Below, one piece after another: positions 38,980-48,141 of a stretch of 64,000 nucleotides of DNA. Origin of the DNA: an uncultured Solirubrobacterales bacterium. GTDB taxonomy: Bacteria; Actinomycetota; Thermoleophilia; Solirubrobacterales; 70-9. Location: positions 1-64,000 of the forward strand of contig CAWCUT010000002.1 of NCBI GenBank assembly GCA_963798875.1. The letters are read 5' to 3'. The translations under genes and the position numbers were made by a program. Under the pieces are notes generated by a model. The model saw nothing but the letters and a program-made list of their open reading frames with translations. It made no database searches and was not told the origin of the DNA. The first letter of the stretch is position 1; every line of letters starts with the position of its first letter.

Positions 38980-40566
38980 TTAGCTGCGCGCGGCGTCGTT
39001 GCCGGGCGCGAACTCCCGGGCCGTCTGGCGGCGCAGGACTGCCACGCCGAACGCGGTCAGCGCCGCGAGCAGGATGAAGACGAGCACCTGCCCGATGCCC
39101 TGGACGCCCGGCATGAAGGACAGCCACAGCAGGTAGACGCCGGCGACGATCGTGTACGTGCCGACCGGGTGATCGCGCAGGAAGGGGGCGATGAAGCGAC
39201 GCGACGCCACGGCATAGCGGCTCGGCCCGGCGAGCGCCGCGGCAGCGAGGAACCCGAGGCCGATGACGAGGATGAAGCGGGCCCGGTCGCGCAGCGACTG
39301 GGAGAGGATGTCCCACACTGACTCGATGGCCGGCTTGACGGTTTCGGTGCTCGCCAGGGAGCCGACCTCGTTGCCGATCAGGCGCTTGGCCGTGAGCACG
39401 ACGAGCGTCGCGACAACGATGCCGCCGCCGACCGCGCTCAGCGCCTCCCGGCGCCAGCCCTTGGCGAGATAGAGCGCGGCGATGAAGAGGAAGAAGACGA
39501 GCAGCGGCAGCACGATGCCCAGGTTGCGGAGCACCTTGACGGCCGTCTGAATGCCGCTCAGCTCGTTGGAGTCCATCAGCACGAGCTGGCCCGGGTTCTG
39601 GACGACCTGGCTGTCGAGCAGCGTCGTTACCCGGCCCTGCAGCGTGGCGAGGTTGGCATCGAGCGCCTCGACGTTCGCCCGGCTCGGATCCTTGAGCACG
39701 ACTGCGGTGCGGTGCTCGAGCACGACGAGCCGGTGCTTGACGTCGGCGAGGACGCCCTTGAGGTCGGAGAGCTTGCCCTGCAGCTGCGAGGGCACCTTGT
39801 CCTCGATGCCGGCGATCTTCTTCTGCAGGCCCTTGATCTGGGTGACCAGGTCGCCGGCGAGCGTGTTGAGCTCCGTGAGGTTGGTCCGGGTCTCGGAATC
39901 GAGCACGCCCGTCTGCGCCTGGGCGATGCCGGCCCGGACCGAGGAGATCTTGCCCTGCGCCTCGGTGAGCCGGTCGCGGAGCGTTACCGAGAAGTCCTGG
40001 ATGAAGCTCTGAATCTGCTCGATCGTCGCCGGATTGACTCCGAGCCGGGCAGCCAGATCGGCGATTACGGCGCCGTACTGGAAGGTGACCTCGCCGTTGG
40101 TGGTCGAGACGAACTGGCCCTTGTCCTCGATCAACGAGACGAACTGTTTGTGTGCCGCGGTCACCGCGCCGGAGACGAGCCCCTGGACCTGGGGCGAGGC
40201 GAGCGCCTTCTCGGCCACGTTGGTGGCGAGGTCCCTCGTCACGGCCGCGATCGGGCCCGCGAACGGCTGCACCTGGGGCGGCAGCTTCGCCTCGATCTGA
40301 GCCTGGACGTCGACGTCCTTGTAGAGCTGGTCGACGGCGAAGACGCTGAGCTGCTCCTGGACGTCGGAGTCGGCGAGGATCGAGTCCGTCGTCTTGCTGA
40401 CCTGGTTCGTGTCGAGCAGCGCCTCCTGGACCCAGTTGGCCGTGATCGAGAAGATCAGCAGGATCGAGGCGACGACGACGAGCGTCCAGACGCCCGCCCG
40501 ATGGCGCCTGTGGGCGGCAGGGAGCTCGGCCGTCGGTTGATCGGCTTTGCCGGCCATGGTCGGCAC
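38980..40566 (-). CDS. Hypothetical membrane protein with a long extracytoplasmic coiled-coil domain.
   Basis: 528 aa. N-terminal TM helix, then a Q/T/V/K/D-rich heptad-like region of about 300 aa, then about 4 C-terminal TM helices. Intact ORF. No recognisable family. Confidence 0.5.
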   Translation of the reverse strand: MPTMAGKADQPTAELPAAHRRHRAGVWTLVVVASILLIFSITANWVQEALLDTNQVSKTTDSILADSDVQEQLSVFAVDQLYKDVDVQAQIEAKLPPQVQPFAGPIAAVTRDLATNVAEKALASPQVQGLVSGAVTAAHKQFVSLIEDKGQFVSTTNGEVTFQYGAVIADLAARLGVNPATIEQIQSFIQDFSVTLRDRLTEAQGKISSVRAGIAQAQTGVLDSETRTNLTELNTLAGDLVTQIKGLQKKIAGIEDKVPSQLQGKLSDLKGVLADVKHRLVVLEHRTAVVLKDPSRANVEALDANLATLQGRVTTLLDSQVVQNPGQLVLMDSNELSGIQTAVKVLRNLGIVLPLLVFFLFIAALYLAKGWRREALSAVGGGIVVATLVVLTAKRLIGNEVGSLASTETVKPAIESVWDILSQSLRDRARFILVIGLGFLAAAALAGPSRYAVASRRFIAPFLRDHPVGTYTIVAGVYLLWLSFMPGVQGIGQVLVFILLAALTAFGVAVLRRQTAREFAPGNDAARS

Positions 40567-40665
40567 CCTATGCGAGCGCGCCAGGCGGCACCATCACCCT
40601 GATCGGGCGATCTTCCCGGACGGCCCAGATCCCGACCCCGCACGCCGTTCCGGTAGGTTTTTCCC

Positions 40666-41979
40666 GTGCCTGAGACACGGATGCTGTTCCGCAACATCGA
40701 CGATCCGGAGCTGCGGACGCTGGCCGGATACAAGCGCCGCGGCGGCTACACGGCGATCGAAAAGGCGTTCAGGGGCATCGAGCCCGACGAGCTCCTGCAC
40801 GATCTCGAGGACTGCGGCCTGCGCGGCCGCGGCGGCGCCGGCTTCTCGATGGGCAAGAAGGCGGGCTTCCTGCCACGCGGGTCGATGCAGAAGTACCTGT
40901 GCTGCAACGCCGACGAGTCCGAGCCGGGCACCTTCAAGGACCGCGAGCTGATGTTCAAGAACCCGCACCAGCTGATCGAGGGGATCGCAATCGCGGGTAT
41001 GGCCGCCGACACGACGAAGGCCTTCATCTTCATCCGCGGCGAGTACGCCGAGGTCGCCGACGTGCTCGACGAAGCCGTCGCCGAGGCGTACGCGGCGGGC
41101 TACCTGGGCGAGAACCTCCTCGGCACCGGGACGACCGTGGACCTCGTCGTCCACCGCGGCGCCGGCGCCTACATCTGCGGCGAGGAGACGGCGCTGCTCG
41201 ACGCGCTCGAGGGCAAGCGCGGCAACCCGCGACTGAAGCCCCCCTTCCCCGCGATCCAGGGCCTGTACGGCGGGCCGACGCTGATCAACAACGTCGAGAC
41301 GCTGAGCAACGTCCCGCACGTGGTCAACAACGGCGCCGACTGGTTCAAGAGCTTCGGCACCGAGCAGTCGACGGGGACAAAGGTCGTCTCGGTCTCCGGC
41401 TGCGTCAAGCGGCCCGGCAACTACGAGGTCGAGCTCGGCATCCCGAGCCGTGAGCTCATCTACGACCTGGCCGGCGGGCCGCTCGTCGGTGACGTCAAGG
41501 CGTGGTACCCGGGCGGCTCCTCCGCCCCCGTCCTCGGTCCCGAGGAGCTCGACCTGCCGTACACGTTCGAGGACATGGCCGACGCCGGCTCGATGCTCGG
41601 CTCCGGGGCGATCATCGTCGCCGACCAGACCGTCTCGATCCCGCACATGGCGCTGCGCACGGCGCGCTTCTACCACCACGAGTCGTGCGGCAAGTGCACG
41701 CCCTGCCGGGAGGGCACGAACTGGACGGTGAAGATGCTCGAGCGGGTCGTCCGCGGCGAGGCGACGCCGATGGACCTCGACATCATCGCCTCCGTCCAGG
41801 AGAACATCATCGGCCACTGCCTGTGCGTGCTCGGCGACGCGATGGCGATGCCGGTCGCCTCGATGGTCAAGCGCTGGCGCTCGGAGTTCGAGGACGTGAT
41901 CGCCAAGGCCCGCGACGCCGCGCTCGCGCCCCTCGACGTCGAGCCGGCGATCGCGACGCCGGTCGGCGTCGGCGCCTAA
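40666..41979 (+). CDS. nuoF: NADH-quinone oxidoreductase subunit F.
   Basis: 437 aa, intact. GAGAYICGEETALL NADH/FMN site and CGKCTPCREG 4Fe-4S motif. Confidence 0.9.
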   Translation: MPETRMLFRNIDDPELRTLAGYKRRGGYTAIEKAFRGIEPDELLHDLEDCGLRGRGGAGFSMGKKAGFLPRGSMQKYLCCNADESEPGTFKDRELMFKNPHQLIEGIAIAGMAADTTKAFIFIRGEYAEVADVLDEAVAEAYAAGYLGENLLGTGTTVDLVVHRGAGAYICGEETALLDALEGKRGNPRLKPPFPAIQGLYGGPTLINNVETLSNVPHVVNNGADWFKSFGTEQSTGTKVVSVSGCVKRPGNYEVELGIPSRELIYDLAGGPLVGDVKAWYPGGSSAPVLGPEELDLPYTFEDMADAGSMLGSGAIIVADQTVSIPHMALRTARFYHHESCGKCTPCREGTNWTVKMLERVVRGEATPMDLDIIASVQENIIGHCLCVLGDAMAMPVASMVKRWRSEFEDVIAKARDAALAPLDVEPAIATPVGVGA

Positions 41980-42060
41980 CGATCCAGCCGCCCGCTGCAG
42001 GGCCGGCTGCGGAGGAAGGACCACGGCAGGGTCCGGCGGGCCTCCGGCGAAGACCTCGCC

Positions 42061-42528
42061 GTGCCCTCCAAGCCGGACAGCTCGATGGCTCAGCGCTACA
42101 TGGAACGGCGCGTCGAGGAAAAGGGGCTGCTGCCGCGGATCGCGGCCTCGCTGATCGCGACTGCGTGGGTCGCGGCGATCGTCGTCTTCGGGATCGTCGA
42201 GCATCTGATCGACCCCGACACCTTCGGTTCGGTCTGGTACGGGATGTGGTGGGCGACGCAGACCGTGACCACCGTCGGCTACGGCGACGTCGTCCCGCAA
42301 AATGGCGCCGGGCAACTCGTCGCGACGGTCCTGATGGTCGGGGGCCTCTCCTTCTTCGCCGTGCTCACGGGCTGGATCACGACCGCCTTCGTCACCCGAG
42401 CGCAGTCGCTGCGCGACCGTGGGCCTGAGCTGGCGGTCGAGGAGAAGCTGGACCGGCTCACCGCCGAGATCACGGCGCTGCAGGAGCAGGTCGCGCGGCT
42501 CGGGCCGCCGGCCAAGGGCGGCGTCTAG
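42061..42528 (+). CDS. Two-TM potassium channel (KcsA-like).
   Basis: Selectivity filter TTVGYGDV between two TM helices. C-terminal coiled coil. Confidence 0.75.
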   Translation: MPSKPDSSMAQRYMERRVEEKGLLPRIAASLIATAWVAAIVVFGIVEHLIDPDTFGSVWYGMWWATQTVTTVGYGDVVPQNGAGQLVATVLMVGGLSFFAVLTGWITTAFVTRAQSLRDRGPELAVEEKLDRLTAEITALQEQVARLGPPAKGGV

Positions 42529-42548
42529 ATCTAGATGGTTGATCCCAC

Positions 42549-43934
42549 CTAGGTCGGCGCAGGCGGCGGATCCGCCCCGGAGCCCGCGCGCGCTGCGGCG
42601 GGCTCGTCGTCCTCGTCCGACGGCTGCGGCAGCTCGATCACGACCAGGTAGGCGACGACGACGCCGACGATGATCAGCGGGCTCGTGCCGAGCCCCGAGC
42701 CGGCGGTGAGCACGAGCGCCAGGACCGTGGCCGAGAGCGGCAGCCGCAGGACCGCGACGACCGCGGCGCCGATGCCGACCGCGATCGCCGGCGTCAGCTC
42801 GAAGCCCGGCAACCGCGACGCCATGATCCCGCCGGCGGTGCCGAGGAAGATCGCCGGGAAGACCGGGCCGCCGCGGAAGCTGCCGAGCGAGATCCCGTAG
42901 GCGATCCCCTTGAGCGCGATCAGAACGGCAAGGGCCCCCGTCGACCAGGCGGCGGCGTCGTGGACCAGCGGCGCGACCTGCACCTCGCCCGAGAAGAAGA
43001 CCTCGTCGGCGCCCTTGTCGGTGATCTGCGCGAACACGATCGCGAGCACCGAAACCGTCGCCCCGATCAGTGGCAGCACGACGAAAGGACGGCGCAGGGC
43101 AGCGGGCTCGACCCGGCGGCCGATGATGAAGATGAGGTGCACGGCCACGGCGATCACGACCGCAAGCGGGATCGTCCACAGGAAGTCGACCGCATCCGGG
43201 CGCGCGAAGGCGGGCAGGCTGATCGGCCCGAGCGCGATGGCCGAGGTGTCGAGGCCGGTCCACGAGCCCATGCCGGTGGCCAGCAGCGAGCCGATCCCGG
43301 AGGCGAGCAGACCGGGGATCAGGATGAGCGGCAGCCGCTGCTTGTCGAGCCCGGCCGCCTCGACCAGCAGTACTGCCGCGATCACGGGCGAGCCGAACAG
43401 GAACGAGATCGCGGCGAAGACGCCCGCAAAGGCGATGATCAGCTGCGCCTCCGGCGGCGAATCGGAGGCCGCCTGGCGGATCAGCAGGAAGCCGAGCCCG
43501 CCGCCGACGGCGATCAGCGGCGCCTCGGGACCGAGCACGATGCCGAGGCCAATGCCGGCGAGCGCGGCGAGCAGGACTCCGGGCAGGTCGATCGGCTCGG
43601 TCGGCGTCGCGTTGAGCCCGCGGACTGGAATGTGCCCGCCCTTCCCTGGCATGCGCGCAACGGCGAAGGCGACGAGCACGCCGGCGATGACGAGGAACGG
43701 CAGCGACCACCAGTCCGGGGTGCTGTCGAAGCCGAAGGTGTCGGGCAGGTCGTCGTAGACGCCGACCTGGATCTGGTGGATCGCCTCGAGAAAGCACCAG
43801 GCGACGAGCGAGGAGACGATGCCGACGATCGCCGCCAGCACGAGCAGCTTGAGGAACGAACGCTGCCGCATCACGGCCATCGGGTCGGGCCCTCCCGCCG
43901 GCGGCTGGGGCTGGGCGGCCTGCGCCTCCATCAT
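42549..43934 (-). CDS. ClC-family voltage-gated chloride channel/transporter.
   Basis: 461 aa polytopic protein with ClC-like GKGGHIP and GPEAPL segments. Confidence 0.7.
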   Translation of the reverse strand: MMEAQAAQPQPPAGGPDPMAVMRQRSFLKLLVLAAIVGIVSSLVAWCFLEAIHQIQVGVYDDLPDTFGFDSTPDWWSLPFLVIAGVLVAFAVARMPGKGGHIPVRGLNATPTEPIDLPGVLLAALAGIGLGIVLGPEAPLIAVGGGLGFLLIRQAASDSPPEAQLIIAFAGVFAAISFLFGSPVIAAVLLVEAAGLDKQRLPLILIPGLLASGIGSLLATGMGSWTGLDTSAIALGPISLPAFARPDAVDFLWTIPLAVVIAVAVHLIFIIGRRVEPAALRRPFVVLPLIGATVSVLAIVFAQITDKGADEVFFSGEVQVAPLVHDAAAWSTGALAVLIALKGIAYGISLGSFRGGPVFPAIFLGTAGGIMASRLPGFELTPAIAVGIGAAVVAVLRLPLSATVLALVLTAGSGLGTSPLIIVGVVVAYLVVIELPQPSDEDDEPAAARAGSGADPPPAPT

Positions 43935-43969
43935 CGGGCCGAGCCTATGGGAAACGCCCCTGCACGGAT

Positions 43970-43986
43970 CACCCGGTCAGGGTGAT
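43970..43986. promoter_or_regulatory. Palindromic motif TCACCCGGTCAGGGTGA (site 1 of the recurring family).
   Basis: Perfect 6-5-6 inverted repeat about 85 nt upstream of the 44071 gene. The identical 17-mer occurs at 46596-46612. Confidence 0.45.
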
Positions 43987-44070
43987 GCTCGCGGCCCTGC
44001 GCCTGCGCTGGAGTTCAATATGGTGCCGACCGCGCGCCGGCGCGGTTCACACCAACAGGAGGATCAGGCG

Positions 44071-44490
44071 ATGCCGACCCAGGCCTACCAACCGAACAAC
44101 TTCCGTTTCGTCGAGCGCCCGCAGCTCGGGACCATCGGCGAGCGCCTCACCGTCGCCGGCTGGCTCGGGCTGATCGGCCTCCTCAACCTCTTCTACGCGA
44201 TCGCGGTGATCGCCGGCTCGGACATCTTCATCACCACCGCTTCCTGGCTCGTCGGCGACGCGCGGCCCTGGGGCTGGCTGATGCTGGTCGTCGCCCTGAT
44301 CCAGCTCGCCGCCGTCCCGGCGGCGGCGCTCGGCATGAAGCCTGGCCTGTGGATCGCCGTCATCTCGGCGATCGCCCACATCGCGGCAGCGATCATGTTC
44401 ATGACCGACGAGTTCGTGCTCGGGCTGCTCCTCATACTCGTCGACATCGCCATCCTGCTCGCCGCGGCGATCGCGATCGAAGACGCCTGA
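44071..44490 (+). CDS. Small DUF-type membrane protein (paralog A).
   Basis: RBS AGGAGG then ATG. 139 aa with 3-4 TM helices. Paralogous to 46130-46546 (shared …G.D.F.T…W.G…G…IQL…A… pattern). Confidence 0.6.
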   Translation: MPTQAYQPNNFRFVERPQLGTIGERLTVAGWLGLIGLLNLFYAIAVIAGSDIFITTASWLVGDARPWGWLMLVVALIQLAAVPAAALGMKPGLWIAVISAIAHIAAAIMFMTDEFVLGLLLILVDIAILLAAAIAIEDA

Positions 44491-44870
44491 GCGGCGTCTG
44501 GCCAGGCTGGTCCGGGCTGGGTCGGCGGGGGGTGGCGGCAGCTCCAGCCCCTTACGCCGCGCGGACCGGCGTTGCCGGCGAAGGGCGTGGCAGCGCGAGG
44601 GCACTGAGGGAGGTCGGTTGAGAAGGGGGGTGGGCTTGGGCGTTCCTTGTCGACTTTTCCATCTATATGACGGGAAAGTCGACGAGGTTCGGTGCCGCGG
44701 GCCCAGCGGGCCCAGCGGGCCCAGAGATGGACTTCGCCTGCGCCCCTCGGTGCCCAAAGGCGGTCAACCTTCCGCCGGCGTCGGGGTTGGGCCCGCGGCG
44801 ACCGCCGGAACGCAAACGGCCGGCGACCCGAGGGCCGCCGGCCGCTGCTCGAACCTCTCGAGACGGCGCC

Positions 44871-45167
44871 TCAGCCGAGGATCTTGGCCTTCTGGGCCGC
44901 GAACTCTTCCTCGGTGAGGACGCCGCTGTCGCGGAGCTCGCCGAGCTGCTTGAGCTGCGCGATCGGATCTGCCGCGGGCGCCGCCGGGGCGGCGGGCTGC
45001 GCCTGCTCAGCCATCTGCTGCTCGGTCCCCATGTCGACGCCGGTGTAGGGGTCGCGGCCCTGGTCGGCCCAGCGCTGGTGCTGGCGCTTTTGGACGCGAC
45101 CGCTGACGGCGGTCGCCGTGCCGGCGACGACGGCGGTGCGGGCTACTCCTCGAATCAGTCCTGGCAT
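44871..45167 (-). CDS. SHOCT-domain protein.
   Basis: C-terminal LKQLGELRDSGVLTEEEFAAQKAKILG (SHOCT). ATG preceded by AAGGAG. The longer track ORF is an over-extension. Confidence 0.6.
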   Translation of the reverse strand: MPGLIRGVARTAVVAGTATAVSGRVQKRQHQRWADQGRDPYTGVDMGTEQQMAEQAQPAAPAAPAADPIAQLKQLGELRDSGVLTEEEFAAQKAKILG

Positions 45168-45213
45168 TGTCTCGCTCCTTGTTCGCTGAGTGGTCGAAGT
45201 GTGACGGGGCCGG

Positions 45214-45768
45214 TCAGCCCTCGAGCTCGTCGAGCGCTGCGAGCAGCGCCTGCACCGGGATCCTGCCGCTGGCGACGAGCTGGCCACCGGAGCGACGCAC
45301 GGCGGACGCGAAGGGCGCCGCCCACGAGTTCTCGTAGACGAGCAGCGCCGCCGCGGTCCCGGGCTCGAGCGCCTCGGCCGCCTCGGCAAGGTCCTCGTCG
45401 CCGATCAGCCCCGAGGAGGCGCCGGCGAAGACCTGCAGATGCTCCGCCGGACCACCGAGGTCCTCGAGGTCAAGCGCTGCGATCGTGCCGTCCTCGCCCT
45501 TGACGAAGACCGCGAGGTCGAGGACGCGGATGATGCCCCGCTCGACCAGGTCGAGGAGCAGCGGCATGGCCTCTCCGTTGGGCTGCCGGTCGGGCCACTC
45601 GACCAGGATGTAATCGATCGGGCCGACCTCGTCCAGTTCTTCGCTCGCCACCTCTACCACCTCTCGGTTCAACTCAGGTTTCCGGTTATGGGCGCAGGCT
45701 ATCTCGGTCGCATGGCTGGGCATCACCCGGATCGAGTGACGTCCGCCAGGCTCGCCGACGGCTCGCAC
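45214..45768 (-). CDS. Hypothetical protein (DUF, often paired with SHOCT in actinobacteria).
   Basis: …GPIDYILVEWPDRQPNGEAMPLLLDLVERGIIRVLDLAVFVKGEDGTIAALDLED… No catalytic motifs recognised. Confidence 0.4.
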   Translation of the reverse strand: MRAVGEPGGRHSIRVMPSHATEIACAHNRKPELNREVVEVASEELDEVGPIDYILVEWPDRQPNGEAMPLLLDLVERGIIRVLDLAVFVKGEDGTIAALDLEDLGGPAEHLQVFAGASSGLIGDEDLAEAAEALEPGTAAALLVYENSWAAPFASAVRRSGGQLVASGRIPVQALLAALDELEG

Positions 45769-45800
45769 TCGGCGGCGGCGGGCCCGACGCGGCTTCGGGG

Positions 45801-46073
45801 ATGGTCGTCATCCAGCTGCTCTCGAACGGACCCCTACAGCAGGTCGTGCAAGCGATCGCCTACGGGGCGGCGCTCGGCCTCAATCCGCTCGCCGTACTGA
45901 TCCTGACGATCGGCGCCGGCGCCCTGTTCGGCGCCGTCGGCCTGGTGCTCGCCGCGCCCGTGACCTCGGCGATCATCCGCATCTCCGCCGACCTCGCAAA
46001 GGCGCGGGAGGCGGAGCGGCGCCCTCAGCCCAGGGCGCGCCGGCCCCGTAACCCGGCGGCGCCTGACCGGTGA
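45801..46073 (+). pseudogene. C-terminal remnant of an AI-2E (PerM) family transporter.
   Basis: …LGLNPLAVLILTIGAGALFGAVGLVLAAPVTSAIIRISADL… matches only the last about 80 aa of AI-2E transporters. No upstream body. Confidence 0.35.
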
Positions 46074-46129
46074 ACGACGAGCGGGGCCCGCAGGCCCCGC
46101 TCGAGGTGTGCTTTGTTCGGTCGGTGGCG

Positions 46130-46546
46130 CTAGACCCTCGGCCCGGGCGCGGGCTCGTCCGGGTCCCACTCGATGACACCCCAGACGACCCAGATGCAGA
46201 GGAGGAACACGCCGAACGACCACCACGGGTAGTGGCCGCCCATTCCAACCAGCGCCTCGATCGCGCCGATGCTGCCGGCGGCGATCGCGATCACGCGGCC
46301 GTAGATGTGGCCGGCGATCAGCGAGGCACCGCCCGTGAGCTGGATGATGCCGAGGACGATCAGCACCCAACCGTACGTATGCAGGTTGGTGAAGACGAAG
46401 CGCGTATCGCCGACGAAGACGTTCGCGTCACCGAGCGCGCCGATCCCGTAGATGATGTTGATGAAGCCGATGATCAGCAGCAAAGTCGCCGCGAACACCG
46501 CGCGTCCTGAACCCTTCATGTTCGTTCTCCTTTCGCGAGGAGGCAA
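46130..46546 (-). CDS. Small DUF-type membrane protein (paralog B).
   Basis: 138 aa with 3-4 TM helices. Homologous to 44071-44490. Preceded, in gene orientation, by the same 17-bp palindrome (46596-46612). Confidence 0.6.
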   Translation of the reverse strand: MPPRERRTNMKGSGRAVFAATLLLIIGFINIIYGIGALGDANVFVGDTRFVFTNLHTYGWVLIVLGIIQLTGGASLIAGHIYGRVIAIAAGSIGAIEALVGMGGHYPWWSFGVFLLCIWVVWGVIEWDPDEPAPGPRV

Positions 46547-46595
46547 TCCCCTCGTGGTTGCGGAACGAAGGTAGGCCGCCTGTTGCCGGCCACCG

Positions 46596-46612
46596 TCACC
46601 CGGTCAGGGTGA
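46596..46612. promoter_or_regulatory. Palindromic motif TCACCCGGTCAGGGTGA (site 2).
   Basis: Identical 17-mer to site 1. About 50 nt upstream of the paralog B start. Lies between the gad stop and the paralog. Confidence 0.45.
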
Positions 46613-46628
46613 TCTTCGCCGCACCCGC

Positions 46629-48032
46629 TCAATAGCCTGTCGCCGACTTGACCTTCGCACGCTCGCTCTCGTGGGCGCCGCCCTTGCTCTCGAGCGTCTC
46701 GCAGGCCGCCCCGATGTCGTCGGCGAGCGTCGAGACGAGCGTGTGGCTGAAGTTGAGCTTGACCAGCGCCCGCAGCATCTTCACGTGGTCGGCCTTCGGC
46801 GGCATCGTGTAGGCGGGCAGCATCCAGTTGCGCTCCGCCGCGACCTGCCAGGCGATGTCGAACTCATCGAAGCGGTCCTCGTCGGCAAGGTTGAACGCAA
46901 CGAGCGGCAGTTGCTCCTCTCCGTCGCCGATCAGTTGGAAGCGGCCCATGTCGCGCAGGCGCGAGGCGAGCAGCTGCGCGTTCTCGTGCATCACGCTCAT
47001 CACGTAGCGATAGCCCTCGAAACCGAAGCGGCAGAAGTTGTAGTACTGCGCCAGAACCATCGCCGAGCCCGTCGAGAAGTTGAGCGTGAACGTCGCGTCC
47101 GTCTTGCCGAGGTAGTTCTCGTAGAAGACGAGGTCCTCGGCCAGATCGGCCTTCTCGCGGAAGATGAGCCAGCCGATGCCCGGGTAGACCATCCCGAACT
47201 TGTGCCCGGAGACGTTGATCGAGCGCACCTGCTCGAGCCGGAAGTCCCACTCGCGATCGGGGTAGAGGAAGGGCCAGACGAAGCCGCCGCTGGCCGCATC
47301 GACGTGCAGCGGCACGTCGATGCCCTTCTCCTGCTTGAGCCGGACGAGCAGCGAGTTGATCCCCTCGATGTCGTCGGCGTGACCGGTGAACGTCGTGCCG
47401 AGCACGGCGGCGACGCCGATCGTGTTCTCGTCGACGTGCGGCTCCACGTCCTCGGGCCCGATCGTGTACTTGTCGGGCTGCAGCGGGACGATCCGCGGCT
47501 CGACGTCGAAGTAGCGGCAGAACTTCTCCCAGACGACGTGCACGTCGCCGCCGAAGACGAGGTTGGGGCTGTCGGTCGGCCGGCCCGCGGCCTGCTGACG
47601 CTGGCGCCACTTCCACTTCAGCGACAGGGCGCCGAGCATGATCGCCTCCGAAGAACCCTGGGTGCGGGCACCGGTCGTCTCGCCTGGCGCGTTGAACAGG
47701 CTGGCGAGGATGCGGATGCAGCGCTGCTCGATCTCGGCCGTGCGCGGGTACTCGGCGTGGTCGATGAAGTTGCGGTGGAGGTTCATCGCGACCACGCGCT
47801 GCGCCTCCGGCTCCATCCACGTGGTGACGAAGGTGGCCAGGTTGCGCTCGGGAACGCCGTCGAGGACGAGCTCCTCGCCGATCAGGCGCATCGCGTCGAC
47901 CGCCGGCATACCGTGCGAGGGCAACTCACCGTCGGGCGGTCCCTCGGTCAGGAACTTGTTGCCGAACTTGCCGATGAAGCCGTCGTCATCGATCGGGTTC
48001 ACCGCACCGTGGTCGTTCGCCTTGCTGCTCAC
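46629..48032 (-). CDS. gadB: Glutamate decarboxylase (PLP-dependent).
   Basis: RBS GAGGAG plus GTG start. Strong GAD similarity throughout (…LATFVTTWMEPEA…NVSGHKFGMVYPGIGW… PLP-lysine region). The track ORF start at 48320 is over-extended. Confidence 0.8.
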   Translation of the reverse strand: MSSKANDHGAVNPIDDDGFIGKFGNKFLTEGPPDGELPSHGMPAVDAMRLIGEELVLDGVPERNLATFVTTWMEPEAQRVVAMNLHRNFIDHAEYPRTAEIEQRCIRILASLFNAPGETTGARTQGSSEAIMLGALSLKWKWRQRQQAAGRPTDSPNLVFGGDVHVVWEKFCRYFDVEPRIVPLQPDKYTIGPEDVEPHVDENTIGVAAVLGTTFTGHADDIEGINSLLVRLKQEKGIDVPLHVDAASGGFVWPFLYPDREWDFRLEQVRSINVSGHKFGMVYPGIGWLIFREKADLAEDLVFYENYLGKTDATFTLNFSTGSAMVLAQYYNFCRFGFEGYRYVMSVMHENAQLLASRLRDMGRFQLIGDGEEQLPLVAFNLADEDRFDEFDIAWQVAAERNWMLPAYTMPPKADHVKMLRALVKLNFSHTLVSTLADDIGAACETLESKGGAHESERAKVKSATGY

Positions 48033-48141
48033 GCTTCTCCTCGTTCCGTATCCCCCGCCGTGCGAGGCTCGGAGGCGAGCGTGAAGCGCCGCGCGAGCAC
48101 GCGCATCACCACGTCTGGGTGAAACGGGGACCGCGCCCCGG

